Source: an uncultured Clostridia bacterium
Lineage (GTDB): Bacteria; Bacillota; Clostridia; Christensenellales; Aristaeellaceae
Length of the DNA stretch: 41,208 nucleotides
Direction: 5' to 3'
Assembly (NCBI GenBank): GCA_946626395.1
Contig: CAMOUF010000159.1
Location: 1-41,208 of the forward strand
Shown here piece by piece: positions 5,904-16,200 of the stretch (position 1 is the first letter of the stretch; every line of letters starts with the position of its first letter). Under the pieces are notes generated by a model that was not told where the DNA came from, searched no databases, and worked only from the letters and a program-made list of their open reading frames with translations. Position numbers and translations under genes: made by a program.

Positions 5904-7118
5904 TTACTTTTCCGCCCTCGTTTTTTTTCGCAGGGCCCGGGCGATGGGGCGTTCAAAGAGGAAGGTGATGAGGATAGCCAGGATCAGGGCCAGGGCGAAG
6001 CAGCACAGGGTATAGGTCAATTGCCAGCGGGGATCTTCCATCCAGGGCTGGGCGGATTCAGAGGGCGGGAAATGCCATTCCTTCAGCTTCACCGCCAGCA
6101 TCTGATGATAAATATAAAATTGGAAGGAAATCAGGCTCAAAAAATGCATCACCTTGTTACCCAGCAAAAACCGCATAGCAGGCAGGGAAAAGGCGGCGCT
6201 GACCATCAGGCAGGACAGCACGGCGGAAAGGGGAAAGCGCCTGTTCATCTGTCCCTGATGAATCATGGGATAGGAAGGCTCCGCCGCCTGGCCCCGGCAA
6301 ATCTGCATCAGCTCGCAGACGCACACCACCATCAGCGCTGTGAAAAGCAGCCTTATGGCCCGGTCCGGCTCGTTTCCCAGGCGCTTGCGCAGCATGGCAA
6401 ACACAGAGGCCGCCACAAAGCCATTGGCGTACACGTCCAGGAACGCGGGCAGCTGGTTAAAATACATGCTGGTGTCCGGCTTGGTGGAGGCGTACCAGCG
6501 GAAGGCAAAGGCCGCGCCGGCCATCAGGCCATAGGTGATCACCGGCTTTTTCTTAAACGCCCGGGCCAGGAAGGGGAACAACAGATAAAACTGCATTTCC
6601 ACCGCCAGCGTCCACAGCGCTCCGTTCAGGGGCGAGCGGAGATAACTGAAATAGAACAGGTTGTGGGTAAAGGTCAAATGGGAAAAAATGTCCAGCAAGG
6701 CGTCGCCGGTGTTCAGGTAGCGTCCCTGAAAGCAGCAGATCACGAACATGGGCAGAACGCATAAAAGATAGGAGGGCAGAATGCGAATCAGCCGCCGCTT
6801 GTAAAAGGCGCCTACGGCGGGCAGCTTGCTCCCCGCCTGGGTATAGGGAAGATACAGCAGAAAGCCGCTGAGCAGCAGCATCCCATCCACCCATAGATAG
6901 CCCGAGCGCAGCAGAAAATCCAGGCTCACCGTTTCCCCGTGAAAGTCAAAATGGGGCGTCAGCCAGCCCTGCTGCCAAATGTGAAACCAGCCCACCAAAA
7001 AAATGCAAAGCACCCGGATGCCGTCCAGCACGTCCACGTGTTTCGCGTCCGGCCCCTGTTGATAGGACAAAAAGGGCCGGAAAGCGGGCTTGCTTTCCTG
7101 GGTCGGTTCGTGTTCCAT
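5904..7118 (-). CDS. Acyltransferase family 3 (OafA/YrhL-like) integral membrane protein
   Basis: 404 aa with about 10 TM helices. The N-terminal motif VDVLDGIRVLCIFLVGWFHIWQ, with the arginine/histidine pair, is typical of Acyl_transf_3. The RBS is GGGAGA. Confidence 0.85.
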   Translation of the reverse strand: MEHEPTQESKPAFRPFLSYQQGPDAKHVDVLDGIRVLCIFLVGWFHIWQQGWLTPHFDFHGETVSLDFLLRSGYLWVDGMLLLSGFLLYLPYTQAGSKLPAVGAFYKRRLIRILPSYLLCVLPMFVICCFQGRYLNTGDALLDIFSHLTFTHNLFYFSYLRSPLNGALWTLAVEMQFYLLFPFLARAFKKKPVITYGLMAGAAFAFRWYASTKPDTSMYFNQLPAFLDVYANGFVAASVFAMLRKRLGNEPDRAIRLLFTALMVVCVCELMQICRGQAAEPSYPMIHQGQMNRRFPLSAVLSCLMVSAAFSLPAMRFLLGNKVMHFLSLISFQFYIYHQMLAVKLKEWHFPPSESAQPWMEDPRWQLTYTLCCFALALILAILITFLFERPIARALRKKTRAEK

Positions 7119-7137
7119 AACATTCTCCCTGCTAAAA

Positions 7138-7279
7138 AGAGTTCAGTGTACAGAGTACAGAGTGCAGATAAACTTTGTCTGGCATGATTGCAAGCAATCA
7201 TGGGGAAAGCAAACGAATCTGAACGCTGTACTCTGCACGCTGAACACTCGTTTTCCTATTGCCTAATGCCTATTGCCTG
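7138..7279. repeat. E1-type element, copy b (inner arms complete; outer CCTATTG arm only on the right)
   Basis: GTTCAGT GTACAGA GTACAGA GTGCAGA ... core with the perfect palindrome CATGATTGC-AA-GCAATCATG (7183-7202) ... TCTGAAC GCTGTAC TCTGCAC GCTGAAC ... CCTATTG CCTAATG CCTATTG CCT. Confidence 0.8.
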
Positions 7280-7299
7280 ATCCCTTCCGCCCCGCGCTT

Positions 7300-10116
7300 T
7301 TATTCCTCCACCCGCTTGAGGCGATAGGTGGTTTTGGATTTGATGTGGCGCAGGGTCAGGGCGTTTTGCTTCAGGGACACGATTTCATAGGTAGCGGCGG
7401 TGGGGCTGGGCTCCTCGCCGGTATTGACCGCGTACATGTTGGGCACGAAATAGTAGGCTTCCTGGCCGTCCAGGGTGCAGGTGCCATCCTCCCTGAAATC
7501 AAAGCGCTGTCCCTTATCCGTTTCCCACTGGCCCATGATCCGGTACACCGCCTTGTCCACCCGGTTGGCCACATCCCTGTAATTCATGATCTGCCTGTAA
7601 TAGATCAGCGCCTCAAAGGGCTGGCGGTTGTTGTACAGGGCATTGGCGTACAGGTAGCAGGCGTTCTGATACATGGCGGGGATCTGGGCGTAAGCGTCGG
7701 TGAGGTATTCGTCCCGCAGGGGAGAGAGCACCTCGATCACAGTCAGGTAATCCTTTTCCTCCATGGCGGCCTGGGCGGCGCTGTAAGCGGCGGCACAGTA
7801 TTCATCGGCGCACTGCTTCGCCTTTTCCTGAGCATCCTGATAGGCCCCGGCTTTCACGAACATGGACGCGGCCAAGGCCACATCCCCTTGCTCCAGGGCT
7901 TCGCTGCCCGCCAGATAGGCCAGCTCCTGGAGCTTCAGGCGCACGTCGGCGGCGGGAGACTCGATCTGGCTCAAAATATCCACGGCGGCGGTCAGGTCGC
8001 CCGCGTCGGATTCCTCCATGGCCAGGGAATACATGGCCCGCTGATACTGCACGGGGGAATCGCTGTAATCGCCCAAGGCCAGGAAAGCATCCCGGGCCTG
8101 GGCGTATTCGCCCGCTTCCTTCCATTGCAGCGCCAATTGATACTGGGCCTCCCGCAGGGCGGCGCGGGTATCCTCGTTTTCAGCGTTTCCGGTGAGCAGG
8201 GAAACCACCTGCTCGTACTGGCCCATTTCGTTCATGCCCTGGGCCACGCCCGCCAGGGCCACGGCCAGATGCGTCCGGGCGTCCCGATAATCGCCCACCT
8301 GGGTCAGCAGGCCCACGGCGTTTTCGTAATCCTGGGCGTCCATTTGCTCCATGGCCTTCGTGTACAGGATCTGGTTAATGTAATCCGCCGCCTTGCCATA
8401 ATCGGAAATGGTGCTCAGCAGTGCCAGCGCGCCTTCCTGATCCCCGTTTTCCAGCATGCTCAGGGCGGGGCGGTACACGCATTCCTTCTTGGCTTCCTGG
8501 GCGGCCAGCAGGTCGGGGGCCAGGTCAAAGAAGGAAGCGGCTTCTTCATATTTTCCTTCCGCCATCAGGGCCGCGCCCTGATAGTAATAGCACTGCATGA
8601 GCAGGGCCTTGGAATCCTGGAAGCCGGTGATCTTTTCCAGCATGGACGCGGCCTTGGCGTAATCGCCCTCGTCCATGGCCGCCACGGCGGGCGCGTACAG
8701 GCACCCCGCCGCCCGGCGGGAAGCGTCGGAATAATCGCCCGCGGCCAGAAAATATTCCGCGGCGGCGTCATAATCATGATCGGCAAACGCCTGATCGCCA
8801 GCCGCATAATTGGCCCGCTGCAATTGGATCGGGGAATCCCGGTAATCGCCCAATTCGGTAAAGGCGGCGATGGCTTCCAGCGGGTCGCCGTCGTTGGCCA
8901 GAGCCTCCAGGGCGGGCTGATACAGGCATTCCTTGGCGTTGCTTTCGGAATTCTGGAAGGAGCCCAGGGACAGGAACTTGGCCCGGGCGCCTTCATAGTC
9001 CTTTTTGCTCATCAGCTCCAGGGCCCATTCGTATTCCGCCTGGCTGCGTTTCATGCGGGCGTTGCTGTAATTGGGCACCGTTTCGTACAGGGCGATGGCC
9101 TCGGCCCAGTTGCCCGCGGCCAGCAGCTTATCGGCGTACACATAGCGGGCTTCCTGGGCCCGGATGGCGCTGTCCTTATAGCCGCCCAGGGCGTCAAAGC
9201 CGTTCTGGGCCGCCCGGAGGGAGGTATAGGTGCCGCCGTTCAAGGCGTTCATGGCGGCGCGGTAATCGCATTCCAGGGCCAAATCGGCGCTGTCCTGATA
9301 ATCGCCCAGGGCCAGAAACTGCTCCTTGGCGGAATCAAACTGACTGTTTTCCAGGGCACGGTTGGCCTGGTAATAGCGATAGTAAGGAATGCCGTGGAAG
9401 AAAATGCCGTACACCAGGGCTAGAGAAAGCAGGATCGTAATCAGGGTGGTCAGGATGATCCTGCGGCGGCGGCGCAGCCTGCGCTGCCTCGCTTCCCGGA
9501 CGGCGTTCTGCCGCCGGGCTTCCTCCCGCTGGTGGCGTTGCTCCTCCTCCATCACGGACTGGCGCTGGAAAATGACCCGTTCGATGGCCGCTTCATTGAG
9601 CTGGGTAAAAATCGCGTGCTTATCCCGGCGGCAGCGGCGGCACACATCCTCATGGGCGGAATTGGGCCGGCCGCACACGCACACCCACACGGCCCCCTGG
9701 TCGCTGGGATAGCTGGCCGCGTCCCGGCCCGCCAATTCCTGCATCACCTGCAATTGGGGCCCCTGCAGCAGGGGCGAGGGGCGAAACTCCATGGGCTCGG
9801 CCAGGCCCCGCCGCCAGACGGTGTTGTCGTCAAACCACACCTTCTCGATCAGCACCTCGATGTCCTGGGCCAGGGCGGCTTCTTCCAATTCCAGCCCGGC
9901 TTCAAACACGTGGCGGGCAGGGCCGTCCAGCCCCAGGATGCGTTCCACATGGCGGGCAAAGCGCTCCCCCTGGGCATCAAAACAATGCACGCATACCTGG
10001 ATGCTGCGCACGTCCTTGTCGCTCAGGTTGTATATCTGCATGGTCAGGGCGGGATCGTCCGGAGACGGCATCCTGCAATGCCACAATTCCACAGGTGAGG
10101 TCAGGTCAATTCGCAT
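7300..10116 (-). CDS. Large single-pass membrane protein: N-terminal domain, zinc ribbon, TM helix, then at least 13 TPR-like 'LGDYxDS' repeats
   Basis: 938 aa. It has CVCGRPNSAHEDVCRRCRRDK (zinc ribbon), the Arg-rich segment RQRRLRRRRR, and the TM helix IILTTLITILLSLALVYGIFF. Then come repeats of about 36-40 aa of the form A..F..LGDY.DS......C.Y..A (for example FLALGDYQDSADLALECDY, FTELGDYRDSPIQLQRANY, FLALGDYSDSPVQYQRAMY). Confidence 0.8.
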   Translation of the reverse strand: MRIDLTSPVELWHCRMPSPDDPALTMQIYNLSDKDVRSIQVCVHCFDAQGERFARHVERILGLDGPARHVFEAGLELEEAALAQDIEVLIEKVWFDDNTVWRRGLAEPMEFRPSPLLQGPQLQVMQELAGRDAASYPSDQGAVWVCVCGRPNSAHEDVCRRCRRDKHAIFTQLNEAAIERVIFQRQSVMEEEQRHQREEARRQNAVREARQRRLRRRRRIILTTLITILLSLALVYGIFFHGIPYYRYYQANRALENSQFDSAKEQFLALGDYQDSADLALECDYRAAMNALNGGTYTSLRAAQNGFDALGGYKDSAIRAQEARYVYADKLLAAGNWAEAIALYETVPNYSNARMKRSQAEYEWALELMSKKDYEGARAKFLSLGSFQNSESNAKECLYQPALEALANDGDPLEAIAAFTELGDYRDSPIQLQRANYAAGDQAFADHDYDAAAEYFLAAGDYSDASRRAAGCLYAPAVAAMDEGDYAKAASMLEKITGFQDSKALLMQCYYYQGAALMAEGKYEEAASFFDLAPDLLAAQEAKKECVYRPALSMLENGDQEGALALLSTISDYGKAADYINQILYTKAMEQMDAQDYENAVGLLTQVGDYRDARTHLAVALAGVAQGMNEMGQYEQVVSLLTGNAENEDTRAALREAQYQLALQWKEAGEYAQARDAFLALGDYSDSPVQYQRAMYSLAMEESDAGDLTAAVDILSQIESPAADVRLKLQELAYLAGSEALEQGDVALAASMFVKAGAYQDAQEKAKQCADEYCAAAYSAAQAAMEEKDYLTVIEVLSPLRDEYLTDAYAQIPAMYQNACYLYANALYNNRQPFEALIYYRQIMNYRDVANRVDKAVYRIMGQWETDKGQRFDFREDGTCTLDGQEAYYFVPNMYAVNTGEEPSPTAATYEIVSLKQNALTLRHIKSKTTYRLKRVEE

Positions 10117-10181
10117 ATGGAGTCATGCCTCCAAAGAACACTGGAATCTGTTCTGTCGTAATCGCTGGATGAAGAATTGTT

Positions 10182-10297
10182 GATTCAGTTCTAAGTTCCA
10201 AGGTCTAAGTTCTAAGCATAATTGTCCAAATGCATCAGCACGCAAATTTGTTTTTAAACATTATCAGCTTGGAACTTGGAACTTTGAACTTAGAACT
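10182..10297. repeat. E3-type nested inverted-repeat element, copy a
   Basis: GATTCA-GTTCTAA GTTCCAA GGTCTAA GTTCTAA-GC ... 48-nt core ... AGC-TTGGAAC TTGGAAC TTTGAAC TTAGAAC. Confidence 0.85.
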
Positions 10298-10303
10298 CTT
10301 TCG

Positions 10304-11368
10304 TCATCTCAGCAGCAGGCTCATGCTCTGAAGCCGTCCGGCGGTAAAGGTCAGATGCCACAGGGCGGCGCCGTCCTCCGCCAGGGCCACGCCGTAGGTG
10401 ACCTCCGCGCTTTCGGGGGTATATTCCAGCACGCCGTAGGGGGCCTGCTGACCGTCGCCGTAAAGCAGCACCCGGCTGTCGTCCACATATTCTTCCTCAT
10501 GCTGGAAGCGGAAAATCACGCTGTCCAGGAAATCGCCCACGCGCACGCCCCGGGGCCCTTCGGCCACGTCGGTGTTCACAGTCAGGCTGTCCACCCGCAG
10601 GAAGTTCTTCTGGGCGTCGTACACCAGCAGCAGGGAAACGCCGTCCCACTGCACCGTGCGCAGTTGTTCTCCGTTGGAGTCCTCCGTCCATTCGTCCACC
10701 GGCGCATCGCCCAGGGCGTCGGCCATCTGTTCATAGGTCAGGTCGATCACGTCCAGCTTTTTGCCGCTGGCCTGGAACCGGACGGAAAGATCCTCCCGCT
10801 CCAGGGGCGCGAGCGCCGTGCCGTCCTCGCTGACGGGATAAGCGAAATATTCGCTGATTTCCTGCATCTGAGCGCTTTCCGCCACAAAGGACGCCGCTTC
10901 CTCCTCGGTCAAAAGCTCCTGGGAAGCGTTTGCCAGGATCGCGGTGACGAAATCATCCTCGATGGTATACACGATCTGGCTGAGCAAAACCCCTTCCTCC
11001 TGCCAGGAAAGCACCGCGTGGCTGACGCCCAGGATATGCTGGCCGTCCCGGACCACGATGCCCAGGGACACTTCGGGCTGCTCCCCGGCGATGTACAGGG
11101 TGGCTTCATAATACGTGCCGTCCAGGCTGGGGTTGTCGTTGGGATAAGCCGCCAGCACCTGGGCCACATTGTCGCCCACCTGCAGACCGCGGAAATCCGC
11201 CTGGCCCGGCTGGTCCAGCAGCACCTCCGCCGATCCGGCAAGATAGCTTTCGATTTCACGGGCGGTCAGATACGTACCTTCCCCCATTTCGGGAGCCGCC
11301 TCCGCCAGCGCCCCCCAGGACGCTGCCAGCAGCAGGGACAAAACAACAGCAAATAATTTTTTCATCAT
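10304..11368 (-). CDS. Secreted hypothetical protein (signal peptide)
   Basis: 354 aa with RBS AAGGAG. The N-terminus is MMKKLFAVVLSLLLAASWGALAEA. The protein is acidic, and I recognise no family. Confidence 0.75.
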   Translation of the reverse strand: MMKKLFAVVLSLLLAASWGALAEAAPEMGEGTYLTAREIESYLAGSAEVLLDQPGQADFRGLQVGDNVAQVLAAYPNDNPSLDGTYYEATLYIAGEQPEVSLGIVVRDGQHILGVSHAVLSWQEEGVLLSQIVYTIEDDFVTAILANASQELLTEEEAASFVAESAQMQEISEYFAYPVSEDGTALAPLEREDLSVRFQASGKKLDVIDLTYEQMADALGDAPVDEWTEDSNGEQLRTVQWDGVSLLLVYDAQKNFLRVDSLTVNTDVAEGPRGVRVGDFLDSVIFRFQHEEEYVDDSRVLLYGDGQQAPYGVLEYTPESAEVTYGVALAEDGAALWHLTFTAGRLQSMSLLLR

Positions 11369-11440
11369 GGTTCTCCTTTTTCTTGAACGTTTCGGGGGGG
11401 AAACTCTTGGAGGGCGTTTCCCGGATTTCCATGGATCGCC

Positions 11441-11566
11441 CCTCTCCCCTATTGCCTCATACTTAATACCTATTGCCTAATGCCTATCACCTATTGCCTA
11501 ATGCCTATCACCTATTGCCTAATGCCTATTACCTATTGCCTAATCCCTGACTCCTCACTCCGCAAG
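11441..11566. repeat. One-armed tandem array of 18 phased heptamers CCTNNNN (E1 outer-arm type) with a 21-nt super-period
   Basis: CCTCTCC CCTATTG CCTCATA CTTAATA CCTATTG CCTAATG CCTATCA CCTATTG CCTAATG CCTATCA CCTATTG CCTAATG CCTATTA CCTATTG CCTAATC CCTGACT CCTCACT CCGCAAG. The last units overlap the pdp stop codon (11555-11557). Confidence 0.9.
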
Positions 11567-12883
11567 CTCCGTCACGCCCTCGGGGCGCACCAGCGCGTAG
11601 AGCAGCCGGGCCTTGGGGGCGGGGGTATCGGAGAAGCTGAGGGCGCTGAGCACCCTCTCCTCGGTTTCCCGGGCGCTGTCCAGGGTGGCGGCGTGGAGGG
11701 TGAACAGGGTATCCCCCGCTTTTACGAAATCCCCTATGCGCTTTTCCATCACGAAGCCCACGGCGGGGTCGATTTGATCTTCCTTGCTCTTGCGGCCCGC
11801 GCCCATGGCCTGGGCGGCCAGGCCCAGGGCCGTGCCGTTGACGCCGCTCAAATATCCGTCCCGCCGGGCCTTGAGGGAATAAATCACCGGGGCCTTGGGC
11901 AGCAGGGACACATCGTCGCACACCCGGGCGTCCCCGCCTTGGGCCGCGATCATTTCTTTCAGCTTTTGTAATCCGGCCCCGGAATCCAGGGCCTGCTCCA
12001 GCATTTGCCGGGCTTTTTCTTCCGTATCCGCCAGGCCGGAGGCCAACAGCATCTGGCTGCCCAGGAACAGGCTGACCCGCTTGAGGGGGCCGCCGGTCCG
12101 GCCGGACAGGATGTCGATGGCTTCCTTGACCTCCAGGGCGTTGCCCACGTGGGAGCCCAGGGGCTCCTCCATCCCGGACACCACCGCCACGATGCTGCGG
12201 CCCGCGTGGGCGCCGATATCCACCATGGCCCTGGCCAGCTCCACGGATTTTTCAAGGGTGGGCATCAGGGCCCCGGAGCCGGTTTTCACGTCCAGCACGA
12301 TGGCCTTGGCTCCCGCGGCAAACTTCTTGGACAGGATGCTGCTCACGATCAGGGGGATGGAATCCACGGTGGCGGTCACGTCCCGCAGGGCGTACAGGGT
12401 CTTGTCGGCGGGGGCCAGCTGGGCGCTTTGGCCCACCACGGCGCAGCCGATCCTGCGCACGATGGACACGAATTCCTCCTCCGGCAGTTCCACCTTCATG
12501 CCGGGAATGCTTTCCAGCTTGTCGATGGTGCCGCCGGTGTGGCCCAGGCCCCGCCCGCTCATTTTCAGCACCTTGCCGCCGCAGGCCGCCACCAGGGGGG
12601 CCAGCACCAGGGTGGTGGTGTCTCCCACCCCGCCGGTGGAATGCTTATCCACGGGCACGCCGTCCACTTTGGGGCTGAGCATATCCCCGGAGGAAGCCAT
12701 GGCCATGGTCAGGTCCGCCGTCTCCCGGGCGTCCATGCCGTTCAGGCGAATGGCCATCAGCAGCGCGGACAGCTGATAGGCGGGAATGGAGCCGTCGGCC
12801 GCGCCTTTGACAAACGCGCCGATCTGCTCCCGGGTCAGGGCCTTGCCCTGCTTTTTGTCCTCGATAATGGAAATCATGTCCAT
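11555..12883 (-). CDS. pdp: Pyrimidine-nucleoside (thymidine) phosphorylase
   Basis: DKHSTGGVGDTTTLVLAPLVAACGGKVLKMSGRGLGHTGGTIDKLESIPG is the family signature. The ORF opens at a GTG at 12892, but AAGGAAG overlaps that codon, so the ATG at 12883 (8 nt after the RBS) is preferred. Confidence 0.95.
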   Translation of the reverse strand: MDMISIIEDKKQGKALTREQIGAFVKGAADGSIPAYQLSALLMAIRLNGMDARETADLTMAMASSGDMLSPKVDGVPVDKHSTGGVGDTTTLVLAPLVAACGGKVLKMSGRGLGHTGGTIDKLESIPGMKVELPEEEFVSIVRRIGCAVVGQSAQLAPADKTLYALRDVTATVDSIPLIVSSILSKKFAAGAKAIVLDVKTGSGALMPTLEKSVELARAMVDIGAHAGRSIVAVVSGMEEPLGSHVGNALEVKEAIDILSGRTGGPLKRVSLFLGSQMLLASGLADTEEKARQMLEQALDSGAGLQKLKEMIAAQGGDARVCDDVSLLPKAPVIYSLKARRDGYLSGVNGTALGLAAQAMGAGRKSKEDQIDPAVGFVMEKRIGDFVKAGDTLFTLHAATLDSARETEERVLSALSFSDTPAPKARLLYALVRPEGVTELAE

Positions 12884-13065
12884 AAGCGTCACTTCCTTGC
12901 GGGTGGGAATCTTGGCGCACAGGCTTCAGCGGCAAGCTCCATCCTTCGCGCAGCCCACAGGCGCAGGCGTTTCACGCCTTGGCGAAAGGGTCCGCGCCGC
13001 CTTTACGAGGCCAGAAACCCGGAGCTTTTTACTTGGAACTGAAAAACCTATTCTGCTTCTATTAT

Positions 13066-13094
13066 ATTATATCATAAATCCATAGCCCCGTAAA
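13066..13094 (-). promoter_or_regulatory. Putative promoter for pdp with an extended -10
   Basis: The minus strand reads TTTACG (13094-13089), a 17-nt spacer ending in TGA, then TATAAT (13071-13066). This implies a GC-rich leader of about 175 nt before the pdp ATG. Confidence 0.5.
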
Positions 13095-13148
13095 GCAAAT
13101 GAATCTAAATATACCTTATAAAAGTTGTAACATTTTTTATAAAAACAC

Positions 13149-13177
13149 TTGACCTTGTAACAAAAATGTAATAGAAT
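13149..13177 (+). promoter_or_regulatory. Putative sigma-A promoter for the SH3b-repeat gene
   Basis: TTGACC (13149-13154), a 17-nt spacer, then TAGAAT (13172-13177), about 95 nt upstream of the ATG at 13272. Confidence 0.55.
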
Positions 13178-13271
13178 GTAACAGAAAGATTGTATTTTTC
13201 TCAATTTGAACGATCTGAAGACCCTGGCCTGACCGGCCAGAAAACACATGCAGATGGGGTGTTGGTTTACA

Positions 13272-16200
13272 ATGAAGCGAACTGGAAAAATCAAGCGGAT
13301 GATTTCCGTGCTGCTCCTGCTGGCGATGATTCTTTCCGCCGTGCCCGCTGCCCTGGCGGAAGACGCGCAGCTGGGGTATCTGGTGATCAACAATAACACG
13401 GTCAATCGGGTGGTCAATTTCCGCAGGCAGCCCAATACCAATGACAATACCAATTTCCCCATAGCCCGCCTGCCGGAATTCTGGGTGGTTCAGATTCAGG
13501 AATCCGTCCAGGTCGGCTCCACGAAATGGTACAAGATCATTGCCAATGTGAACGTGGAGGACAAGTACACGCCTGATTACAAAACAGGCTATGTGATGGC
13601 CAGCTACGTGCGCATCATGACCGACGCGGAACGGGCCGCCTATTTGCAGACCGGCGAATTCCTCCCCGAAGGCCAGCTGCCCGGGCCGGACTTTTCGCCC
13701 ACTCAGGCGCCCTATGAGCCCATCTCTCTTTCCACCGTGGCTCCTGTCAACATTCCGGATCTGGCGGGCGTGATCAGCACCTACGTGCTCACCACCAAAT
13801 CCGGCGTGAATCTGCGCCAGACGCCCAACGGCTCCATCATGAATGCTTCCAGCCTGATCGAGTCCGGCCGGGTGCTGTCCTGCTACCGGATCTTTTCTCC
13901 GGATGAATATGATTCCTACGCCTGGGCCCTGGTGCAGTACAACGGCATGACGGGCTTTATCCGGGGCGACTGCTTTGTGGAGTGCGACGTGAACGGCAAT
14001 GTGAAGCAGCCCGCCGCGCCCACTGCCGCGCCGGTGGTCACTTCCATGCCCGTCCCCATGTCCACTGTCGACGTGGGCTTCATTTCCGGCGTCACCCAGG
14101 GCGTGGTCACCGCCAACGATGTGTTCCTGCGCAAGACCATGACCACCAACGGCGATTATCTGGCCAAGCTGCCCGCGGGCTGGACCATGACGGTGCTCAG
14201 CTCCCATAAATCCAACGGTATTACCTGGTATCGGGTGCAGGGCGGCATTCCCACCGATCCCAACGGCGTTCATACCGGCTACATTCACGGCGGCTACTTT
14301 GCCCTGACCGGCGCCATCCAGCCCACGGCCACCGCCGCGCCCTGGTACGTGCCCACCGGGCTGCCCACCGTGGCCCCCACCGCCATCGTCAACGGAGATT
14401 CCAATTTCGCCCTGGTGCTGGTGGACGGCGTGAATATGCGCCAGACCCCCGGCGGAGCCACCGTGTCCGTGCTGCCCGCCAATACCGTGGTCACCGTGCT
14501 CACCAAGCCCACCAGCTTTACCGCCAACGACTGGTACTTCATCCAGTACAACGGCTTTATGGGCTATCTGCCCGCCACCTCTGTGCGGGTGCTGAGCACC
14601 TCCGAGCTGGACAACGGCTATCCCCCCGTGATCGTTACCGCCGCGCCCGGCACGGCCACCGCCGTCCCCGCCCCCGTGGTGACGACGCTGCCCGCCGGAA
14701 TCAAGGGCTATGTGAAGCTCATCAAGGACAAAGTGAACGTGCGTCAGGCTCCCGCGGGCACCATCCTCACGGGCACCGACAAATCCAAGCTGAAGGTGGG
14801 CACCGTGATCGCTTACATGGACGGCCCCACCCAGAAGATCGACGGCTACGAGTGGGTGCTGATTTCCTATAACGGCCTCACCGGCTATATCCGTTCCGAC
14901 TGCTACGCCTTCTGCGATGAAGCGGGCGCCATCATCGTGGCCCCCACCGCCACGCCCCTGGTGAATCCCACCTTCGTGCCCGGCGGCACCCAGGGCTATA
15001 TCAAGCTGCTCAAGGGCGGCGTGAACCTGCGCCGGGCCCCCGGCGGTGAAACCATCGCCCAGCTGGCCAAGGGCACCATCCTGCCTTACTTCAACATGGC
15101 CAAGCAGAACAGCGCCACCCTGGAAACCTGGTATGAAGTCTATTCCGTCCAGAAGGGCACCTTCGGCTATATCCTGAGCACCATGGCGGAGCCCTGCGAC
15201 GCTCAGGGCAACCCTGTCACCCCCGCCCTGCCCACCGCCTCCCCCGCCACCGTGATCGGCTACGTGGCCACCAACATTTCCTCCGTGTGGCTGCGCTCCA
15301 ACCCCTCCGCCGACAGCGCCACCATCGGCCAGGTGAAGGCCAAGGGCACCGTGTTGCCCCAGATCGGCCCGGTGGTGAAGAACGGCTACGACTGGGATCC
15401 CGTGGAAACCAAGGAAGGCCTCCGGGGCTATCTGCGGGGCGACTGCGTGTTCTCCCTGGCAGAATGGCAGCTGGAGGAATACCAGAGGACCGGCAAGATC
15501 GCCACCCCCACCCCCGGCCCCGCCACCCCGCGGCCCGGCAACAGCAGCTATATCATCACCACCTTTGACAAAGTGTATATCCGCCAGACCCCCAGCACCA
15601 AGGCAGCCGCCCTGGGCCAGATGGCCATCGGCTCCGTGCTGCGCTTTACCGGCACCCAGACCGTGGGCAAGGTCCTTTGGTATCAGGTGCTGTACAACAA
15701 TCAGGCGGGCTGGCTGCACGGAGATTATGCCCGGGTGCTGACCAACGCTGAATACGATAATATGTACGCCACGCCCTCCCCCGTGCCCGGTTCCACCACC
15801 GTGCCCCCCGCGGCGCCCGTTCTGGAGGACCTGAGCGACATGGCCGTGACGCTGCTGGACAAGGTGAACATCCGCGCCAAAGGCGCCATGAACGGCAAGG
15901 AAATCGGCATGGTAGACCGGGCCGGCACCAAGCTGACCTACCTGGGCAAGTACACCGTGCCCACCAAGGACAATAATTTCTATTGGTTCTATATCCGCTA
16001 TGGCAACGTGTCCGGCTGGATGCGGGGCGACTGCGTACGGGTGCTGACCGTGGCCGAAAAGGCCGCCCAGAACCAGCCCACCGTTACCGTCTCCCCCTCC
16101 CAGACCGCAACCTACCGCACCCTGTATAAGAATTCCAGCGGCGACGACGTGTACGCCCTCCAGTATCGCCTGTCTCAATTGGGCTATCTGGCCGCCGACC

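Noticed and set aside
7273-9423. 716-aa plus-strand ORF
   Set aside because: It is an antisense shadow of the 938-aa repeat protein gene. The sequence is low complexity (G/L/V/Q/H-rich) with no recognisable domain.
11441-11566. Possible CRISPR array
   Set aside because: The period is 7/21 nt with no unique spacers, and no cas genes are in the window. It is a simple tandem array, not a CRISPR.
11480-11971. ORF beginning MPITYCLMPITYCLMPITYCL
   Set aside because: The repeated peptide is just the translation of the 21-nt super-period of the CCTNNNN heptamer array. The rest is antisense to pdp.
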